From Octopus sinensis (taxonomy: Eukaryota): a stretch of 64,000 nucleotides of DNA. Of this stretch, positions 59,889 to 64,000 are shown piece by piece. Position 1 is the stretch's first letter. Each line of letters opens with the position of its first letter. The notes beneath the pieces are model-generated. The model had not been told where the DNA came from. It worked only from the letters and a program-made list of their open reading frames with translations, and did not search any database. A program made the translations under genes and the position numbers. The stretch is taken from contig NC_043003.1 of NCBI RefSeq assembly GCF_006345805.1, positions 93,682,001 to 93,746,000 on the forward strand. Direction: 5' to 3'.

Positions 59889-59969
59889 TGTCATTTATAT
59901 TATTTTGAAGATCTAATTCTCCAGGCCAGAGGTTTGCCATGTGGCCATGTGATGGCTGGTTCTGTTGAC
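59889..59969 (-). CDS. GNPTAB: GNPTAB exon B: inter-LNR linker (GQQNQPSHGHMANLWPGELDLQNNINDM), 81 nt, phase 1-1
   Basis: ttctttattag| and |gtatgt; open frame; fits the position of the human linker but has little sequence homology. Confidence 0.7.
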
Positions 59970-60006
59970 CTAATAAAGAAAATGAAAAACAAAATAAGCT
60001 ATATAT

Positions 60007-60091
<85 letters not shown>

Positions 60092-60816
60092 CAACTTGCA
60101 TTTTAACAAAGTAGTGGACACACACATACTTATATATTATTATATAAAAGCAACAATAAAAAGGTAAGCAATATTTTAACGGTACTGTTAAATGCTGATT
60201 TATTTCTGGGACATAGTTATAATTTGGCTTGCAAACATGTTTTCTAACGATTTAGTCTCATGCATAAAGCTCATTACCAAGAAAAGAAAGTAAAAAAAAA
60301 AAAACAAAACAAAAAAAGAAAAGAAAAACCACCTCTTTATTGCCTTCACCTAAAATCTTTAAGCTTAATGCAAGGCCTGTTGAAAGGAGGTAAAAGAAGC
60401 CATTCTAATGCACTATCAATTGCACGTATGCGTGCGCATGCACACACACACACACATTTTGTTTGCCAAAAGTTGTTTCACACACATAATAAATGCTTTT
60501 TTTCTAACACACAAGTGTTCCCATTGTTAAACTTGTTGGCCGGCTTTATTATTGAGCATGCCAAAAACTAAAAGTCTAAATATTGCACTAATAGGAAAGA
60601 TACTAAAGCAAGACTAAAAAAACAAAACAAAACAGGAACACACACATTTATATGTATAGGTGTCAGCATGGCAGCGTGGTTTGCTTCCCAATCACAAAGT
60701 TTTGGGTCCAGTCCTACTGTGTGGCAACTAGTGCCGCCTTCTATAGCCCTCAGTCAATCAAAGCCTTTTGAGTGAATGTGTTAAAAGCCTGTCATACATC
60801 ACTGTCATTATCACCA

Positions 60817-61153
60817 TTTGAGACCCCACTTTGGTCATGACTGACTGTGGGATTGCACCTAGAAAGTTACCTTCCCAGGCACAAGTCTGGGCAAGGTTGT
60901 TTATGGAAGACCAGCAGTCGCCCATGCATACCGGCCTCCCCTCTCCATGCCACCAGTGTTATCCAAGGGGAAGGCAACTACAGATACAGCTTGGCACCTG
61001 TGACGTCGCAACTCATTTCTACAGCTGAGTGAACTGGAGCAACGCGAAATAAAGTATCTTGCTCAGGAACACAACACGCAGCCCGATCTGGGAATCGAAC
61101 TCACAACCTCACGATCGTAAGCTCGACGCTCTAACCATTGAGCCATGCGCCTT
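60817..61153 (-). mobile_element. tRNA-derived SINE family F
   Basis: A box TGGCTCAATGG, B box GAGTTCGATTCC, then gtgttcctgagcaagatactt…gctccagttcactcagctg. Confidence 0.8.
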
Positions 61154-61279
61154 CATTACCATCAACATTATTTTAACATTTACCTTCCTATGTTTGCAAG
61201 GGTTAGTTGAGAATATGTTGGACCATAGTTTTCTACAGCTTGATACCCTTCTGCAACATGTACTGGTTGTAGGTACATG

Positions 61280-61647
61280 TTGTACGTGAAGTTGTGGCTG
61301 TGATGCTGCTGCCTGGATCATTTGATACAGGAATTCATGCAGGTTGTATATTCGCTGTTGATCCATGGTGAAGTAATTCACGAACAATGAAGCGTTGGAA
61401 CCTGGGCAAGTTGCTTGCTGAGCTGTGTATGTAGGGAGATGATATTGACGGCGTTGGGAACATGATGGTGGTGACAAAGAAGGCAATTTCAGTAATGCTA
61501 TTGGATGAAATTGTTAAGTCTCAATGTGGATGCTGTGGTGTTGTCACTGGAACTGGCTGTATCTTGTGTAGTAAGTGGCTAGACCTAAAGAGGTCTGGAA
61601 CCAAAAGATGTGTATTGAAGAAAAAGCTGGGTTTTTATAGAAAGTAG
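61280..61647 (+). mobile_element. Very decayed RTE-like RT/zinc-finger fragment
   Basis: GIHAGCIF (like GVHQGSVL), ELCM*GDDI (like ELLYADDL), then a C..C…C..C..W pattern. Confidence 0.35.
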
Positions 61648-62467
61648 TAGGCTCAAAATAGGGTTCAAAAAAGGTTGTTCACGTGATGCTATCTAAAGTC
61701 TCTGACTGGCTACCCGCGGTCAGTTGGCACAACAGAGTAGAAGACAAATTGTGCCAATACCAACCAATCAGAACAGTGGACACAACAGGATACAAACAGC
61801 AGCCGAAGGCCAGTTGGTCCCTGCTACGTTCAAATGCATGTATAGAGTTTACACTACACTGACACTACTTTTTTCACACATTCTTCTATACTTCAGTATT
61901 CCTTGCTGTGGTTAGCACCTTTGAATCACCCACTTTTCTCTCCCTTCACCCTGTCACTTCTGCTTGACCACTATCTTCTCTTCAGCTTGTTCCCCACCCA
62001 CAACAACTTCTGCTGCTTCTTTCACTTGTGTCCATCCTTCCCTCAAAAAAGGTTGCTTTTGTTCCACTATCTCACTTCTGTCTGCCATTTTCTTTCTTCA
62101 CTGCTCTGCATGTGTAAGTGTGTCTGACTTTCCACCTTCTTGACCTAAGTTATTTCATCTTTTTGGATTGTACCATCTTCTGGATACATTATTGATTTCT
62201 CTGGACTTTTTTTTTATCAATTTTCTATACTTTCAACCAGTTACTTTTACTTATCACAAAATTCAAAAAGTTTTCTCTCGTTTTTGAATTTTAACATATG
62301 CTTTTTTTGTTTCACAGCTGCATACTTCTATTTATGCAGTTGCACACACAGCTAAAACACATAATACATGTATGTGTGTATGTGTTTGTATGAATGTGTG
62401 TGTTTGTGTGTTATATGTATATAAATGGTAAGCTGATGAATAATTGTATGATCTATTTTATCATTAC

Positions 62468-62591
62468 CTTCACAGTCTCCTCCATCCCAATCACATCGAG
62501 AATTATTGCAGCTTTTATCACAGTAGCCATCTTTAATCCACATTGCAGGACAGTTTTCAGCACAATTAGGTGTTGGCCATGTTAGATAAAC
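62468..62591 (-). CDS. GNPTAB: GNPTAB exon A: Notch/LNR repeat 1 ([41 protein letters not shown])
   Basis: tccttacag| and |gtaatg; near-identical to human [40 protein letters not shown]. Confidence 0.97.
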
Positions 62592-62743
62592 CTGTAAGGA
62601 AACATGGAAATAACCATCAGGTAAAAAAAAACAAAAAAAACATTTGAAGTCATAATCATCATTTAATATCTGTTTTCCATGCTGGCATAGGTTGGAAGGT
62701 TTGATGGGAGCTGGTCAACTGAAGAGCAGCCCAGGCTCCATGT

Positions 62744-62977
62744 CTTATTTCTTTATTGCCCACAAGGGGCTAAACATAGAGGAGACAAACAAGGACAGGC
62801 AAACAGATTCAGTTGATTACATCGACCCCAGTGAGTAACTGGTACTTAATTTATCAACCCTGAAAGGATGAAAGGCAAATCGACCTCGGCGGAATTTGAA
62901 CTTAGAACGTAACAGCAGACGAAATACCACTAAGCATTTCACCCGGCGTGCTAACGATTCCGCCAGCTCACCACCTT
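62744..62977 (-). mobile_element. SINE family C full-length nested in a SINE-A copy; 12-bp TSD CAGGCTCCATGT
   Basis: TSD at 62732-62743 and 62978-62989; the interrupted family A sequence continues on both sides. Confidence 0.92.
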
Positions 62978-63597
62978 CAGGCTCCATGTTTGTTTTGGCA
63001 TGGCTTCTATGGCTGGATGCCCTTCCTAATGCTAACCACTTTACAGAGTGTACTGGGAAGTACAAACAATAAACTGTTCTGGCATTTGTCTTAAATTTTA
63101 TAATCAGTGTTATCTCATTGCAATGATCTTTCAATACATCAGTTCAAAAGTTAGTCAACCTGTAATTGTTTCTGTTTCCATTTCTAATTATTTGACACAC
63201 TATTTTCACACTAATGCACTTCCTACCCACCCACTTTTTCTCTCCTCCCTATCTCTAAAGACTTGCTTTCCTGCACAACATGTACCTTGATCTTGCATCT
63301 CTCTCACTCCTTTCAGGTAAAGAAACCATGTATTCATTTCTTCAGCAAGACACTTGCTCCTATCCCTCTATCATATTTTCCTACCCCACTTTCAGTCTCG
63401 TTAGACAGGTATAGTTGTTCCTAAGCATGTATATTGGCAAATCAATAGGTGCAGGAGAAAAGAAAAACACGAGGTAGAAAGAATTAAAAGGTTGAATCCT
63501 GATTGAAATGCTTACAACAGAGTAAAATTCACTAAATGCACCCAAGGGCCAGGTAGAAATATTAAACTGGGCAGTGACTTATGGTAAACTATAAAGG

Positions 63598-63960
63598 ATC
63601 ATCATCATCAGCAGCATCGTTTAGCATCCGCTTTCCATGCTGGCATGGGTTGGACGGTGCAACTGGGGTCTGGGAAGCCAGAAGGCTGCACCAAGCCCAA
63701 TCTGATCTGGCAATGTTTCTACGGTTGGATGATCTTCCTAACGCCAACCACTCCATGAGTGTAGTGGGTGCTTTTTACGTGCCAGGTGGGGCTGGCAACG
63801 GCCACGTTCGGATGGTTCTCTTATGTGCCACCGGCACTGGTATCACAGCTACAATTTCCATTAATGTCGATCGATTTTGATTTTCTCTTGCCTCAACAGG
63901 TCTTCACAAGTAGAGTTTTGTGTCCCAAGAAGGAAAGGTATGCATAAGTGGACTGAGGTC
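63598..63960 (-). mobile_element. SINE family A copy
   Basis: (CAT)n plus body. Confidence 0.9.
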
Positions 63961-64000
63961 GGTCCTGATATTTTATTTTCTAATTACAGTCAAAATAGTT

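Larger units (their letters stand above)
29050..62591 (-). other. GNPTAB: GNPTAB gene span (3' 18 coding exons, 2340 nt, 779 aa + stop; 5' part outside the window)
   Basis: 18 GT-AG exons with continuous phase encode LNR1, LNR2, a DMAP1-binding-like motif, RRLL|DTFADS, Stealth CR3 ([12 protein letters not shown]), an EF-hand (DTDSSGILSDRE), CR4 (KFICLNDNID), FELP..YRNRFLH, a TM helix and a tail, collinear with human GNPTAB. Confidence 0.97.

Noticed and set aside
61075-61153. tRNA-like sequence (also 36460-36537, 25207-25280 and the heads of families B, C, E)
   Set aside because: A/B boxes are present but acceptor and anticodon stems do not pair properly, and each runs straight into a SINE body

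Overview
This is AT-rich, microsatellite- and SINE-dense eukaryotic DNA, inferred to be cephalopod (octopus) from its SINE families. It holds two spliced protein-coding genes, both on the minus strand and both nearly invisible in the ORF track. I reconstructed them by hand from GT-AG boundaries, phase continuity and protein homology. (1) A complete 6-exon low-molecular-weight protein tyrosine phosphatase gene (ACP1/LMW-PTP; 18822 to 437; 156 aa; CLGNICRS P-loop; DPYF acid loop). (2) The 3' 18 coding exons of GlcNAc-1-phosphotransferase alpha/beta (GNPTAB; 62591 to 29050; 779 aa in the window), covering two Notch/LNR repeats, a DMAP1-binding-like motif, an RRLL|DTF site-1-protease site, Stealth CR3/CR4, an EF-hand, a TM helix and a cytoplasmic tail. 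Its 5' exons lie beyond the window. The rest is mostly transposon-derived: several SINE families, decayed non-LTR fragments (R4/Dong, HERO/NeSL-like, RTE, L1/Tx1-like, CR1-like), and small DNA-transposon derivatives with readable TIRs and TSDs (Merlin/MULE-like, hAT, pogo-like, TTAA/piggyBac-like, Helitron-like). I found no convincing wholly new gene system. The most interesting signals are: a 95-bp-stem SINE fold-back hairpin 65 nt from a GNPTAB splice donor; two SINE-LINE 3'-tail partnerships visible within the window (RTE and, unusually, L1/Tx1-like); competing in-frame donors inside the DMAP-like motif; a symmetric linker exon between the Notch repeats; and young palindromic MITEs. Exon and TIR/TSD coordinates were counted by hand; other repeat boundaries are approximate.
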